Shown in pieces: positions 27,082-37,288 of a DNA stretch of 39,307 nt; positions within the stretch are counted from its first letter, which is position 1; each line of letters opens with the position of its first letter. The notes below the pieces were generated by a model. It did not search any database. It was given only the letters and a program-made list of their open reading frames with translations, and was not told the DNA's origin. The stretch comes from a virus. Its lineage: Duplodnaviria > Caudoviricetes. Both the position numbers and the translations under genes were made by a program. The stretch spans positions 1-39,307 of the IMG/VR virus record IMGVR_UViG_3300020712_000011. One strand, 5' to 3'.

Positions 27082-27588
27082 ATGTCAAATGAAAATGACG
27101 ATTTCGAAAATGAAGAATTAGAACTAGAACAAAATAACGAACAAAGTGGAGATACTGCTCTACTGCGTGACTTGAGAAAGCAAGCCAAAGATGGCAAGCA
27201 AGCCAAGCGTGAGGCTGAATTAGCCAAGCAAGAGGCAGATGCGGCTAGGCGTGAACTTGCTCTATTGAAGTCAGGCATTGACATCAACTCTCCAACTGGA
27301 AAGTTATTTGCTAAGTCCTATGAAGGTGAATTGACAGCAGAAGCAATCAAGGCAGAAGCGGAACAGTATGGCTTAATCGCCACTTCTGAAACCCAATCTG
27401 TTAAAGAGGAATTAAGCGCAATTGATCGCGTATCAAATGCCTCCGCTGGTTCTCAGGCTTTCATTGCACCTTCAGCACTTGATGATATTCGCAATGCGGA
27501 TTCACCAGAGGCAGTTCTGGCTATTGTTTCAAAACTCGGTATCCCAATTTCAAATGAGCAACCTCAATCTGGATTCATCCGAATCTAG
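27082..27588 (+). CDS. Capsid scaffolding protein
   Basis: Acidic N-terminus, coiled coil, directly before the capsid gene. Confidence 0.75.
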   Translation: MSNENDDFENEELELEQNNEQSGDTALLRDLRKQAKDGKQAKREAELAKQEADAARRELALLKSGIDINSPTGKLFAKSYEGELTAEAIKAEAEQYGLIATSETQSVKEELSAIDRVSNASAGSQAFIAPSALDDIRNADSPEAVLAIVSKLGIPISNEQPQSGFIRI

Positions 27589-27615
27589 TCCTCATTTCCG
27601 AAAGAAGGCGAATAA

Positions 27616-28803
27616 ATGGCTTTAACCCAAGTTTCTTCGCTTGATCTCTCGAAGGCCGCGTATGAGCAAATTGCTTACTATGCCCTTCGCCCAGAGCTTT
27701 ATTACGATGCTCTTGTAGAGGTTAAGTCCACAGATGCTACCAATCGCGGTGTATCTGTAACATTCACAATCGCTTCCGACCTTGCTGAAGCATCAACAGC
27801 ATTGACAGAAACTTCAGACATCACTCCAGTAGCGATGGCTGACTCATACATCACCGTTACTCCTCTTGAATACGGTAACGCAATCCAACTTACTGCCAAG
27901 CTCGGTGCTACCGCGTTTATGGAAGTAAACCCAATCGCCGCACAGGTTGTTGGTTGGAACGCTGGTATCTCAACAGACGGCATCGCTCGTACTGCTGCTG
28001 GTACAGGTACTCAGGTTGCCTACTCAGGCGCAGTTGCAGGTCGTACATCTCTTGCTAAGACAAATACTCTTGTAGGTTCAGATGTCCGTAATGCAGTTGC
28101 TAAGTTGCGTAAGCAGAATGTCGCAACATTCAACGGCATGTATAAGGGTCTTATCCACCCAGATGTTTCCTACGATTTTCGTGGCGCAACAGGTGGAACT
28201 AACTGGTCTGACCCACATGTTTATTCCGACCCATCAGGTATCTACAATGGCGTGATCGGTAACTTCCAAGGCGTACAGTTCATGGAAACACCACGCGCAC
28301 CATTCTTCTCTGACGGTGGAACAAACTCATACACAATCTCAACGATTGCCGTTACTTCAAATGTGGCTACAATCACCACATCTGCTGCACACGGTCTTTC
28401 AGTTGGTGACACACTCACCATCTCAGGTGCTACCGCTACATCTGGTACTGGTTCAACTTCACAACTTGGCTTCAACGCTCAGTTCACAGTTACAACCGTT
28501 CCAACAACCACAACTTTGACATTTTCAGTTCTTGGATTGTCAAATGTGAACGCTGGTACTTCATTGACACTCGTTGTCAACGCAGTAGATGTGTACGGAA
28601 CCTTGGTCTTGGGTCGTCAGGCTCTCGCTAAGGCTTTCTCAACCGGTGGCGGTTATGGAATCCAACCAATCTTGGTTGATATTCCCGTCATTGACACACT
28701 CCGCCGCTTTACTGGAGTTGGCTGGAAGCACTTTGTCGGGTATGCTCCATTCCGTCAAGCTGCTTTGTTCCGCATTGAATCTGGTTCTTCAATCGGACAG
28801 TAA
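27616..28803 (+). CDS. Major capsid protein (HK97 fold, N4-gp56-like) with inserted beta domain
   Basis: LTE...T..EYGN, IHPDV.YD, IGNFQGVQFMETP and D.L.RF..VGWK motifs; biased codon usage. Confidence 0.88.
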   Translation: MALTQVSSLDLSKAAYEQIAYYALRPELYYDALVEVKSTDATNRGVSVTFTIASDLAEASTALTETSDITPVAMADSYITVTPLEYGNAIQLTAKLGATAFMEVNPIAAQVVGWNAGISTDGIARTAAGTGTQVAYSGAVAGRTSLAKTNTLVGSDVRNAVAKLRKQNVATFNGMYKGLIHPDVSYDFRGATGGTNWSDPHVYSDPSGIYNGVIGNFQGVQFMETPRAPFFSDGGTNSYTISTIAVTSNVATITTSAAHGLSVGDTLTISGATATSGTGSTSQLGFNAQFTVTTVPTTTTLTFSVLGLSNVNAGTSLTLVVNAVDVYGTLVLGRQALAKAFSTGGGYGIQPILVDIPVIDTLRRFTGVGWKHFVGYAPFRQAALFRIESGSSIGQ

Positions 28804-28811
28804 GTAACTTA

Positions 28812-28849
28812 GGGGAGTCACCCGCTTAACCTTTCTCGGGTGGTTCCCC
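28812..28849 (+). terminator. Stem-loop after the capsid gene
   Basis: GGGGAGTCACCCG...CGGGTGGTTCCCC; weak U tract. Confidence 0.6.
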
Positions 28850-28872
28850 GTTCTACTTTAGGAGCGTGACAA

Positions 28873-29190
28873 ATGGCAACTTTTACTCCCCCAGCGAGAA
28901 CCTTTGTTCCCGTTATTACGGATAACACCCCAGAGTTTCAAAAGCGACCTTTTGCTTATTTCACGCCTTCGATTCCTAAAGGCAATAATGTGTGGATAGA
29001 TACCAACAATGTTGTATCTGAAACCCAACCTCCGCTTTGGGTAGCCCAAACTTATTACAACGCAAATGGCTCTATTGCCTCAAGTAGCCCTGGCGTTAAA
29101 GCCGTTTATTATGGCGGTCATTCCTATACAATTAGTGACAGCGAAGTTCAAATTCTGACAAACGCTGGTTACGGAGCGTACATAAGTTGA
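28873..29190 (+). CDS. Hypothetical virion protein
   Basis: AGGAG RBS; Y.GGH.Y.I...E...L..AGY motif. Confidence 0.6.
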   Translation: MATFTPPARTFVPVITDNTPEFQKRPFAYFTPSIPKGNNVWIDTNNVVSETQPPLWVAQTYYNANGSIASSSPGVKAVYYGGHSYTISDSEVQILTNAGYGAYIS

Positions 29191-29603
29191 AAACTGAAAC
29201 TACAACAGTTTGCGCTCATTCCAATTTTAAATTTTCATCCAAAGATGGCTGGATATGTAAGAATTGCTATAAACCACTTACCGAAGATGAACTTCCACAC
29301 CGCGAAGGCTTTCCCATGCTCGGTTTTGGAGATTTAAGAGATAGCGTAAAGGCAGTTAATGATCGTGAAGAACGCTGGCAAAAAGATATGCCAGCCTACA
29401 AACGCCTTCGTCAGCAAGGGTATCAACCCAAGGGAATTGATGGAGCCGCCCGTATTGAAGCTGGAGCCACAACCCGTTTTGAGATTGAATCAGGTCAAGT
29501 CCTAGAAGGACAAACTAAGAAAATCGAAGCCGCAGTAGAAGCAATTGAACATGTAACAGGCAAATCCATTTATGACCCTAACACAACGGCGGTAAATCTA
29601 TGA
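29187..29603 (+). CDS. Hypothetical protein
   Basis: Coupled ORF; N-terminal Zn-finger-like residues. Confidence 0.55.
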   Translation: MKTETTTVCAHSNFKFSSKDGWICKNCYKPLTEDELPHREGFPMLGFGDLRDSVKAVNDREERWQKDMPAYKRLRQQGYQPKGIDGAARIEAGATTRFEIESGQVLEGQTKKIEAAVEAIEHVTGKSIYDPNTTAVNL

Positions 29604-30490
29604 CAACTGTTCAAAATTGGATTGACCAGACTCGTTCTTATTTAATGAGTGGTTATGTTGAAAATCGTAATCAACTTGCTCTTGCTTATACCGCAGGTAG
29701 CGGAACCCTTACATTTGCTCAATCTACTGATGGTATCCGCTCCGGTACGCGCCTTTCTATTGGAACCAATACTTTTTATGTCTGGTCTATTTCAGGTTCA
29801 ACTGCCAGCGTATTGGCTGGAGAAGAAGGTTCAACCGATGCTAATGCGGCTATTGGAACTCTTGTTCGTGTTGCCCCACGCTTTACGGGCAACGACATTC
29901 TCAATCAATTAGGCAATGAGATAAATGATTTGTCATCTCCCACCAATGGTCTTTATGGAATCCAAACTTACGATTTCACTTACAATCCGATTCTAACGGG
30001 TTACGACCTTAGCCCTATTGCCGATCAATTGATTTCCATTTATGAAGTTAAGTATTTGACTCCTGGACCTGCCCACGACAACCCACGCATTTCCAATACC
30101 AAGTGGCGTTTGAACCGCAATGCAGATACGGCACAATTCCCATCTGGAATCTCACTTCAATTATTTTCTCCTGGTTATGCAGGTTTTGGCGTTCGAGTTG
30201 TTTACAAGGCAAACCTCACAATGCCAACTACCACCTATGCCAATGTCGCTTCTACTGGATTGCAAAATACGGCTTTTGATATTCCTCCACTTGGAGCTGC
30301 AATTCGCTTGATGGAAGGGCGCGAAATTAAGCGCGACTTTACCGAAGCACAGGGCGATACTCGCAGAGGAAGTGAAGTTCCAGCAGGAGCAATCATGCAA
30401 TCTTCTAATGGACTTCAGCAATTACGCGCTCGCCGTATCGCAGCAGAAGCCGCAAAATTGGAAGCCTTGTACCCAAGTTATAGGAGTTAA
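29600..30490 (+). CDS. Head-tail adaptor / tail tubular protein A-like
   Basis: Size and position before the nozzle-like gene. Confidence 0.55.
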   Translation: MTTVQNWIDQTRSYLMSGYVENRNQLALAYTAGSGTLTFAQSTDGIRSGTRLSIGTNTFYVWSISGSTASVLAGEEGSTDANAAIGTLVRVAPRFTGNDILNQLGNEINDLSSPTNGLYGIQTYDFTYNPILTGYDLSPIADQLISIYEVKYLTPGPAHDNPRISNTKWRLNRNADTAQFPSGISLQLFSPGYAGFGVRVVYKANLTMPTTTYANVASTGLQNTAFDIPPLGAAIRLMEGREIKRDFTEAQGDTRRGSEVPAGAIMQSSNGLQQLRARRIAAEAAKLEALYPSYRS

Positions 30491-30492
30491 GC

Positions 30493-32355
30493 ATGACAAT
30501 TTCGCCATCGCTTTCCTATGACACACCTTTTAGACCAGCGGTTCCTTTTTACTCTGGAAGTTCTACTTCTTCCAATGTTCCTTGGCCTTATCCCGTAGCA
30601 CTTGATGGTCACCCTTACATGCTCCAATGGGACAAAGATTCAATCGGAGTATGGGGAGCAAAATTCAAGCGCGAAACATTGCCGCTTGTTCGTAACCAAG
30701 CCGATAACTCTAATACCCCTGGAGAGCAATCTATCTCCCCCGAACAACTATGGCGCAGAAGTCAAGATACATGGTTGGGTGGAGAAGGTCAGACCTACCT
30801 TGATCGTGCTACATCACTACTCAATCGCTATAACGATTCAATAGGAATTAACCCTTGGAATCCTTGGCAACTTTCCCTTCTTAATGACACATCTCGCGTT
30901 TATACTTCGGCAAATACTGGGCTTGCTTGCTTAAACACGGGAACCAATGTGTACATCATTGATGGAACCGCTCTTAAATACACCTCAGATATGTCCACAT
31001 TTACCAGCGTGACTGGCATGACTGGCTCACCAGTATCTATGGCTTCTGATGGCGCAACCATTTATACGGCGAATAGTTCAAACGGCATTTACTCTGGAAC
31101 ACTCGGCGGAGCATCTGTTTCTTCTTTCGCAACCGGAACTGTTACCTTGGTTCGCTATACCAAGTCACGCCTTATGGCGGCTGGTGGTGGCAAACTTTAC
31201 AATGTTCTTTCTAGCGGAGCATTGCCTACTGCACTCCTTGACCTTTCGGCTCGCAACTTTACTTGGGTAGATATTTGCGGTGGTCTTAGCCAGATTTATG
31301 CGGCTGGATACGCTGGAACTAAATCCATTATTTATCGAACCGCAATCCTTTCTGATGGAACCGCACTTGCAGTTCCTACCGTTGCGGCTGAATTACCAGA
31401 TGGAGAAATCGTTCGTTCGATTGCTTCCTATCTTGGTTATGTTCTTATTGGAACCGATAAGGGCGTTCGTTTTTGCCAAGTCAATTCAGATGGCTCGCTG
31501 ACTTTGGGTGGAATCATCACAACTAGCCAACCCGTTTATTGCTTTGAGCCACAATCTCGCTTTGTCTGGTATGGCTTGTCCAACTACGATGGCAATAACT
31601 CTTTCTTGGGTCGCATGGATTTGACCACCTTTACCAACACTCTAGTTCCAGCCTACGCAGCCGACCTTCAAGCCTATTCTCAAGGCGCGGTTCGCTCGGT
31701 TATTACCTTTAATAACAAAAGGTATTTCACCGTTGATGGCTATGGATTGGTCGGGGAAACTAGCACTCCAGTTGCTTCTGGAACTTTCGTCAGCGGAGTT
31801 ATTTCCTACGGTCTTTCAGACCCCAAAGTTGCTATGTATGTGGACATTAAACATGAGCCACTTAAAGGCTCAATTCAAGTAGGCATTATTGCCGATACTT
31901 CCGATCAATATGCGGCGGCTACAAATGCCACAACTATTGGAACTTCAAGCGTAGTGGGAAGTGTATCTCCTACTTATGCTTTCCCCGCTGGTCAGCTTGT
32001 AGGTGAGAACTTTCAGATAGTTCTTACCCTTAATTCCGATGGCACAAATAGTCCCGTTTTGACTCGCTGGATTTTGCGCTCCATGCCAATTCCGATTAGA
32101 ACGGCTCAATGGAATGTTCCGATTATGCTCTTTTCAACAATTACGGTTGGCGATAAAGATTGGGCAGTTAAAGTTCCAGATGAACTCACTCACCTTTATG
32201 ACCTATGGCAATCACAGAAGGTCTTTACTTTCCAAATGGGATTTGAAACCTACCAAGTGGTACTCTATGACTACCAATGGTTGCCTGAAATAGTGAATAT
32301 TCACGGGGAAACAGAAGGAACATTCTTTGCTCAACTTAAAGAGATAGCGGGTTAA
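30493..32355 (+). CDS. Tail nozzle / tubular protein B-like (beta-propeller)
   Basis: 620 aa beta-rich with propeller-like repeats. Confidence 0.55.
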   Translation: MTISPSLSYDTPFRPAVPFYSGSSTSSNVPWPYPVALDGHPYMLQWDKDSIGVWGAKFKRETLPLVRNQADNSNTPGEQSISPEQLWRRSQDTWLGGEGQTYLDRATSLLNRYNDSIGINPWNPWQLSLLNDTSRVYTSANTGLACLNTGTNVYIIDGTALKYTSDMSTFTSVTGMTGSPVSMASDGATIYTANSSNGIYSGTLGGASVSSFATGTVTLVRYTKSRLMAAGGGKLYNVLSSGALPTALLDLSARNFTWVDICGGLSQIYAAGYAGTKSIIYRTAILSDGTALAVPTVAAELPDGEIVRSIASYLGYVLIGTDKGVRFCQVNSDGSLTLGGIITTSQPVYCFEPQSRFVWYGLSNYDGNNSFLGRMDLTTFTNTLVPAYAADLQAYSQGAVRSVITFNNKRYFTVDGYGLVGETSTPVASGTFVSGVISYGLSDPKVAMYVDIKHEPLKGSIQVGIIADTSDQYAAATNATTIGTSSVVGSVSPTYAFPAGQLVGENFQIVLTLNSDGTNSPVLTRWILRSMPIPIRTAQWNVPIMLFSTITVGDKDWAVKVPDELTHLYDLWQSQKVFTFQMGFETYQVVLYDYQWLPEIVNIHGETEGTFFAQLKEIAG

Positions 32356-32357
32356 TA

Positions 32358-33731
32358 ATGGGTGCAAGAGTCTACACGGGTGCGGCAACCCCCACCACTA
32401 TTACAAGTTCGATTACGAATGTATCCACCAGCGTAACAATTGCTTCCGCAACTAACTGGCTTACATCTGGGCAATTTTCCGTTGTCATTGATCCCGGACT
32501 AGCTGGTGAAGAAAAGTGCCTTGCTACCCTTTCTGGAACAACCCTTACTTTCGTTACTCGCGGTTATGACAATACAACCGCAGCATCTCACAACTCTGGT
32601 GCGGTAATTTATCCAGTCCCTACCGCAATTGATTTTTCGGAAGCGAACACCCATGTAAACGCTTCTAGCGCAGTTCATGGAATTACTGGTTCCGTTGTCG
32701 GCACAACTGATACTCAAACCCTCACCAACAAAGACCTGACCGATTCGACCAACAAGATTAACTGGTCTGCTTTTGCCGGCAAAAACGCCATCATCAACGG
32801 CGGAATGGATATTTGGCAACGCGGTACTTCGTTTAGCGGAATTGGAAATTTGACCTACACCGCAGACCGTTGGTTCACCGAAACAGGTGGAACTGCGAAT
32901 GTGACTCAACAAACCTTTACCGCTGGCTCGGCCCCAGTATCGGGATACGAAGGCACTTACTATCTTCAATACGCAACCGCGACAACAAATAGCGTTCACG
33001 GAATTGACCAAAAGATAGAAGATGTTAGAGCGTTTGCAGGGCAGACAGTAACCATCTCCGCTTGGATGAAAGCAACTGCGGCAACAACAATAACCGTTAT
33101 CGCAAGTCAGTTTTTTGGAAGTGGTGGCTCTACACAGGTTGATGCTGGTTCAACAACTTGGACTTTGGGTACATCTTGGCAGCGCTACACATTTACTGTT
33201 GCGATTCCTTCAATTTCAGGAAAAACAATCGGAACAGGCTCGGCTCTCAATATCCGCTTCCTCAATCTTACAAACGCTTCATTCACTTTCCAACTTTGGG
33301 GCGTACAAATGGAAGCAGGTTCGGTGGCAACTGCCTTCTCCCGCGCTGGTGGCATACTTCAGGGGGAGTTAGCCGCTTGCCAGAGGTATTACTGGCGAGA
33401 AAACTGGGATGCACAAACTACTTATGCAATTTTTGGACAAGGCTCAGCAACTTCAACAACTATTGCATATTGCCAAACAGCGTTTCCAGTTCAGATGCGA
33501 GTGAAACCAACTGCTATTGATTTTCCTGCGGTTGGCACCTATTTTCAATGTCTAGATGCAACCGCAGGTGGCGCAACAATGACCGCACTTTCTTTTGACG
33601 TAAATCAAACAACTTCATCATTAGGGTTTCTTGTTGCAACTGTTGCATCAGGTCTTACTCAATTTAGGCCTTATGTTATTCGTGGTCTAAATTCAACCGC
33701 CGCTTACTTAGGATGGACTGCCGAACTATGA
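32358..33731 (+). CDS. Tail fibre / receptor-binding protein
   Basis: VTRGYDNT.A..H, TQTLTNK, KN.IING..DIWQRGT carbohydrate-binding-like module and ELAACQRYY. Confidence 0.8.
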   Translation: MGARVYTGAATPTTITSSITNVSTSVTIASATNWLTSGQFSVVIDPGLAGEEKCLATLSGTTLTFVTRGYDNTTAASHNSGAVIYPVPTAIDFSEANTHVNASSAVHGITGSVVGTTDTQTLTNKDLTDSTNKINWSAFAGKNAIINGGMDIWQRGTSFSGIGNLTYTADRWFTETGGTANVTQQTFTAGSAPVSGYEGTYYLQYATATTNSVHGIDQKIEDVRAFAGQTVTISAWMKATAATTITVIASQFFGSGGSTQVDAGSTTWTLGTSWQRYTFTVAIPSISGKTIGTGSALNIRFLNLTNASFTFQLWGVQMEAGSVATAFSRAGGILQGELAACQRYYWRENWDAQTTYAIFGQGSATSTTIAYCQTAFPVQMRVKPTAIDFPAVGTYFQCLDATAGGATMTALSFDVNQTTSSLGFLVATVASGLTQFRPYVIRGLNSTAAYLGWTAEL

Positions 33732-33880
33732 TAGAAATTACGAAAGACCAATGGGGCAATGAATATGTAACCATTGAAAATGATGGCAATTTTACTGTTA
33801 TGCTCAAGTCAACTTACGATGCTCAACAAGCATCTGACACACTCCCATCCAACTCTTCAACACCACAGGCAGGTAACTAA
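33728..33880 (+). CDS. Small tail-fibre-associated protein (50 aa)
   Basis: ATGA overlap; MIEITKDQWGNEYV...MLKSTYD. Confidence 0.55.
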   Translation: MIEITKDQWGNEYVTIENDGNFTVMLKSTYDAQQASDTLPSNSSTPQAGN

Positions 33881-34044
33881 TGAGCAGAGCGCAGAGTCGG
33901 TCGCAAGGGTTGAGCAGAATACAGGCAGAGGCTACGGCTCAGGCTAATTTCACGGCGCAGTTGGCGGCTACTAATGCGAAGTTAGAGGCGTTGGGGCTGA
34001 CGGCTCAGGATATTGGAACGCTATTAAACGCGGCTAAAGCGTAA
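33880..34044 (+). CDS. Small protein (54 aa) with AKLEALGLT end
   Basis: TAATG coupling; may be a remnant. Confidence 0.45.
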   Translation: MSRAQSRSQGLSRIQAEATAQANFTAQLAATNAKLEALGLTAQDIGTLLNAAKA

Positions 34045-34066
34045 TACATAACCGAAAGGCGCAACC

Positions 34067-34342
34067 ATGTTCAAGGCAACAGTAAGCGATGGCTTGCTTA
34101 ATCAAGCTAATTTTTCCGGAGCTATCTATTACTACATGGCGGTTGGAGCAATGGTATTGGGTTCACTTGGTTGGTTTGTAAAACATGCTCACAACATGGA
34201 TGCCCGACTTAAGAGAATTGAATATGCTTTGTTTAACAATGGCAAAACTGGTCTAATAAATAAAATGGACATTCTTTTGGAAAACCAACAATCAATTAAA
34301 CTGGATGTCGAGGTCTTGAAAGATCGTAATGAGCGCGAATAA
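34067..34342 (+). CDS. Membrane protein (TM + coiled coil), lysis-associated
   Basis: One TM helix, then NNGKTGL..K. Confidence 0.55.
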   Translation: MFKATVSDGLLNQANFSGAIYYYMAVGAMVLGSLGWFVKHAHNMDARLKRIEYALFNNGKTGLINKMDILLENQQSIKLDVEVLKDRNERE

Positions 34343-34640
34343 AATAGATCAATTATTTCAAAAAACCGCAGATTTTGCTTCTGAGTTTTGTGGTACTCCT
34401 TTATTTTTAGGGATGCACTTATTTTGGTGGATTTTATGGTTCATTTTCAGACCAGAACATTTTCCATTTAACTTTCTCACCATGCTCCTTTCCCTTGAGG
34501 CAATCGTGCTTGCTATTTTGATTCTCAATTCATCTAATCGCCAAGGCGAATTTGACCGCGCAATTATTCAAAGAGATGTGGATTTAGATGCTCAAACTCA
34601 CGCAACAATTGGAAAAATCTGGGAAAAAATGAATGAATAA
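34329..34640 (+). CDS. DUF1003-like membrane protein
   Basis: FPFNFLTMLLSLEAI.L..LIL...NRQ...D. Confidence 0.75.
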   Translation: MSANKIDQLFQKTADFASEFCGTPLFLGMHLFWWILWFIFRPEHFPFNFLTMLLSLEAIVLAILILNSSNRQGEFDRAIIQRDVDLDAQTHATIGKIWEKMNE

Positions 34641-35118
34641 TTACGAACCACGCGAGGGAGATTTTGGTGTTATTAAGAGTCGCGGAGTATTTGCTCGCCT
34701 TATCCAAGTCGGAACTGTATCTCGGTGGAACCACGCCTTCATTTATATCGGAAACGGCAAGATTGTGGAAGCCAATCCCAAAGGAGTAGAGGTAAGTGAT
34801 GCTTCCAAGTATCCCCTTATCGCGTGGAATCGCCATGAGGAATTAACAGACTTAGACCGCAAATTGATTGTGCAACATGCAGTTGAACAAGTTGGGAAAC
34901 CTTACAATTTTCTTATTATTTTCAACCTTGTTCTGCGTATTTTGGGTTTGAGAGTTTTGGCTAATACTCATTTTCTTTACAAGTTAGCCCAAAAAGAAGG
35001 TTATATCTGCTCAGAATTGGTAGCCGAGGCGTATGCTATGGCTAGATGCCCAGTCACAACAAAGGCTCCAGACCTTTGCACTCCTGGCGATTTGGCAGAA
35101 AGATTGGTGTACGCGTGA
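34633..35118 (+). CDS. Permuted papain-like (YaeF/YiiX, NlpC/P60) amidase
   Basis: GD, WNHAFIY, GKPY, ICSELVA and TPGDL motifs. Confidence 0.85.
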   Translation: MNNYEPREGDFGVIKSRGVFARLIQVGTVSRWNHAFIYIGNGKIVEANPKGVEVSDASKYPLIAWNRHEELTDLDRKLIVQHAVEQVGKPYNFLIIFNLVLRILGLRVLANTHFLYKLAQKEGYICSELVAEAYAMARCPVTTKAPDLCTPGDLAERLVYA

Positions 35119-35627
35119 TTAAACTCGTTCTTTCCGACCCGCATAATTACTACAAAGACCGACAAGGCCACCGCATTAACCGCATTTTTTTTCATAGAAC
35201 TGCCATTCGCGGTGATACTGCTATTGGTGAAGGAAAGTATTTTGCTTCCCATAATGTAGGGGCAAGCGCACATTATTTCATTGACCTTGCAGGAAACATT
35301 GTTCAAAGCGTTCCCGATCACGCAACTGCCTACGCGGTTGCCCAACTTGATGAAAACTTTGGTTCTATCTCCATCGAGTTTACTGGACTCAATGACACGC
35401 CTTTAACTCAATCTCAGATTAAGTCAGCAATTTCTCTTATTCGGGGCAACGCATTTCTTAAATCCGTACAACCTCACCGCCTTGCTATTTCTGAAATTAC
35501 ACCACGCATTGTCAGCGGTTACGCAAATCACGCTGATGTGACAACGGCTTATTCAATTTCGGGCGGACATACCGATAAAATTAACGAAGCGGAAATCGAA
35601 ACTATTCTTAAAGGAGTCGCAGCGTGA
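35115..35627 (+). CDS. Endolysin, N-acetylmuramoyl-L-alanine amidase (Amidase_2)
   Basis: FFHRTA, ASAHYFID, SISIE and H..V...HTD; GTG start at 35115. Confidence 0.85.
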   Translation: MIKLVLSDPHNYYKDRQGHRINRIFFHRTAIRGDTAIGEGKYFASHNVGASAHYFIDLAGNIVQSVPDHATAYAVAQLDENFGSISIEFTGLNDTPLTQSQIKSAISLIRGNAFLKSVQPHRLAISEITPRIVSGYANHADVTTAYSISGGHTDKINEAEIETILKGVAA

Positions 35628-36298
35628 CAACGCTCTACCTAACAAATGACACACTATCAGCCACAGATTTTCAAACAGTAGTAGATAGCGTTAAGTGGTT
35701 TGCCCCACTTGTTGCACAGGCTTGGAACTTGCCCCCAGTTACAGTTACCACAACTCCGACTACTGGAGCTTGGGTTGTCAATGTAACCAATAAGAATCGT
35801 CATGTAAATGCAGGGGCTTACCATGTGGATACCGCTGGAATCCCAACGGCATGGTGTTCTTTAGCCGCAGTTAATAACAAAATTGGTGGCTATTACGCTC
35901 CGGCTCGTTTTGGGCTAATCAAAAACTTTTTGGGTCGTTGGGTAAAGTCCACTACCCCTACCAGCCTTGCTCGCTATTCCAGCGGAGTAGTCACAGATGT
36001 TTGCCATGAAGTAGCCGAGATGCTGGTAGATAGCGCAATTTCCAACTTCTCAGCCCCCGATTCCCAAGGTCGCGATTGGCTCGTTGAAACCTGCGATCAT
36101 GTTTTCAATACATTCCAAGTTCATTCCATAGGTTCAACCGTATGCGTATTTCCCAATTTCACCACGCCAAACTTCTATAAAGTAGGCGCATCTGCCCCTT
36201 ATGACTTCTTGGGAGTCGTCAAGGCTCCTTTCACCATGACCCCTAGCGGGTACGCTTTTTACAAAGGTCCAAATGGCACTTTGATAAAAGTGGCGTAA
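35624..36298 (+). CDS. Zn-metallopeptidase-like protein
   Basis: AGAYH, CHEVAEM..D and E.CD motifs. Confidence 0.55.
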   Translation: MTTLYLTNDTLSATDFQTVVDSVKWFAPLVAQAWNLPPVTVTTTPTTGAWVVNVTNKNRHVNAGAYHVDTAGIPTAWCSLAAVNNKIGGYYAPARFGLIKNFLGRWVKSTTPTSLARYSSGVVTDVCHEVAEMLVDSAISNFSAPDSQGRDWLVETCDHVFNTFQVHSIGSTVCVFPNFTTPNFYKVGASAPYDFLGVVKAPFTMTPSGYAFYKGPNGTLIKVA

Positions 36299-36328
36299 GA
36301 TTACGAAACCATCTAGCAAAGGAATACT

Positions 36329-36601
36329 ATGAAATTCAAAATCCCTAGTTCGGTAATTAAGTCTTATTGGCATGCTTATATCGGTATTGCCTTGACCTAC
36401 GGCTCTGATTATCTGTTCAAACTCGCCAATAGCGACAAGCCTAAATTCCATGCCGCAGTTTTTGGTTGGGGTTTGCTTGGAGCAGTGGGTGCACCTGCCA
36501 CTCGCGCTCTTGTAGCAAAATGGCCTTTCCTATCCCCTCTTGCACTTCGCCTAGCTACCAAGGTAGCCGAGGAAGCAAAGACTCCAACTCCGACTGTTTG
36601 A
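36329..36601 (+). CDS. Holin-like membrane protein
   Basis: Two hydrophobic segments; end of the lysis cassette. Confidence 0.5.
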   Translation: MKFKIPSSVIKSYWHAYIGIALTYGSDYLFKLANSDKPKFHAAVFGWGLLGAVGAPATRALVAKWPFLSPLALRLATKVAEEAKTPTPTV

Positions 36602-36712
36602 GGTACAATTTATGGATACGCAACCTTCTGATTCGCTCCTAGCGGGGCTTTCAATCGTAGTAGATGCAGTAGTGACTAAAGCGCAACCGCAACCTGAAAC
36701 CAAGGAGCAAGA

Positions 36713-37099
36713 ATGACAGTCGGACTCTCGCCAACACTTTTGGCAAACAAATGGCTTAACATGCTCAACGGAACGGCTTTTGCCTCTGCTCCTACCGCTT
36801 GTTACATTGAATTGCATATTGGCGACCCTGGCGTAAACGGAACGACAAACCCTTCAGTAGTAACAACTCGCCAAGCAGTTACTTGGTCAGCCGCTTCTGG
36901 TGGCGCACTTACGCTCTCCAACTCTCCATCATTTACCATGACTGGAACTGAAACCATCTCCCATGTTGCCGTTTGGGATGCTTCGACTTCAGGTAACTTT
37001 TTGTTTTCATCTGCACTTACCGCCTCCAAGTCGGTTGTTGCTACGGATGTTTTGACATTTACCACTTTCGGAGTTTCCTTTACACCTATCGCCGCGTAA
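36713..37099 (+). CDS. Small virion structural/tail protein
   Basis: YIELH.GDPG..G, H.AVWDA.T.GN.L motif common in tail-region proteins. Confidence 0.7.
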   Translation: MTVGLSPTLLANKWLNMLNGTAFASAPTACYIELHIGDPGVNGTTNPSVVTTRQAVTWSAASGGALTLSNSPSFTMTGTETISHVAVWDASTSGNFLFSSALTASKSVVATDVLTFTTFGVSFTPIAA

Positions 37100-37111
37100 G
37101 GGGCTTAACTC

Positions 37112-37285
37112 ATGGCATCCCCAATTTATGATTGCTCAGTTCGTACTTCCGTTGTCGCTTCTGGCGGTGCGTTAGTTCAACTCGTACCACCAGCCGCCGC
37201 ACCTGCTGCAACTCCACTCCCATTCTGTATCTTCAACACAGGTATAGGTCAGATTGCGGATGTAACGCTCTCCTGGACTGAGTAA
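37112..37285 (+). CDS. Small hypothetical protein (57 aa)
   Basis: AAGGGG RBS; MASPIYDCSVRT...DVTLSWTE. Confidence 0.45.
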   Translation: MASPIYDCSVRTSVVASGGALVQLVPPAAAPAATPLPFCIFNTGIGQIADVTLSWTE

Positions 37286-37288
37286 TTC

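Noticed and set aside
32358-33731. Diversity-generating retroelement target
   Set aside because: No reverse transcriptase or template repeat found in the window
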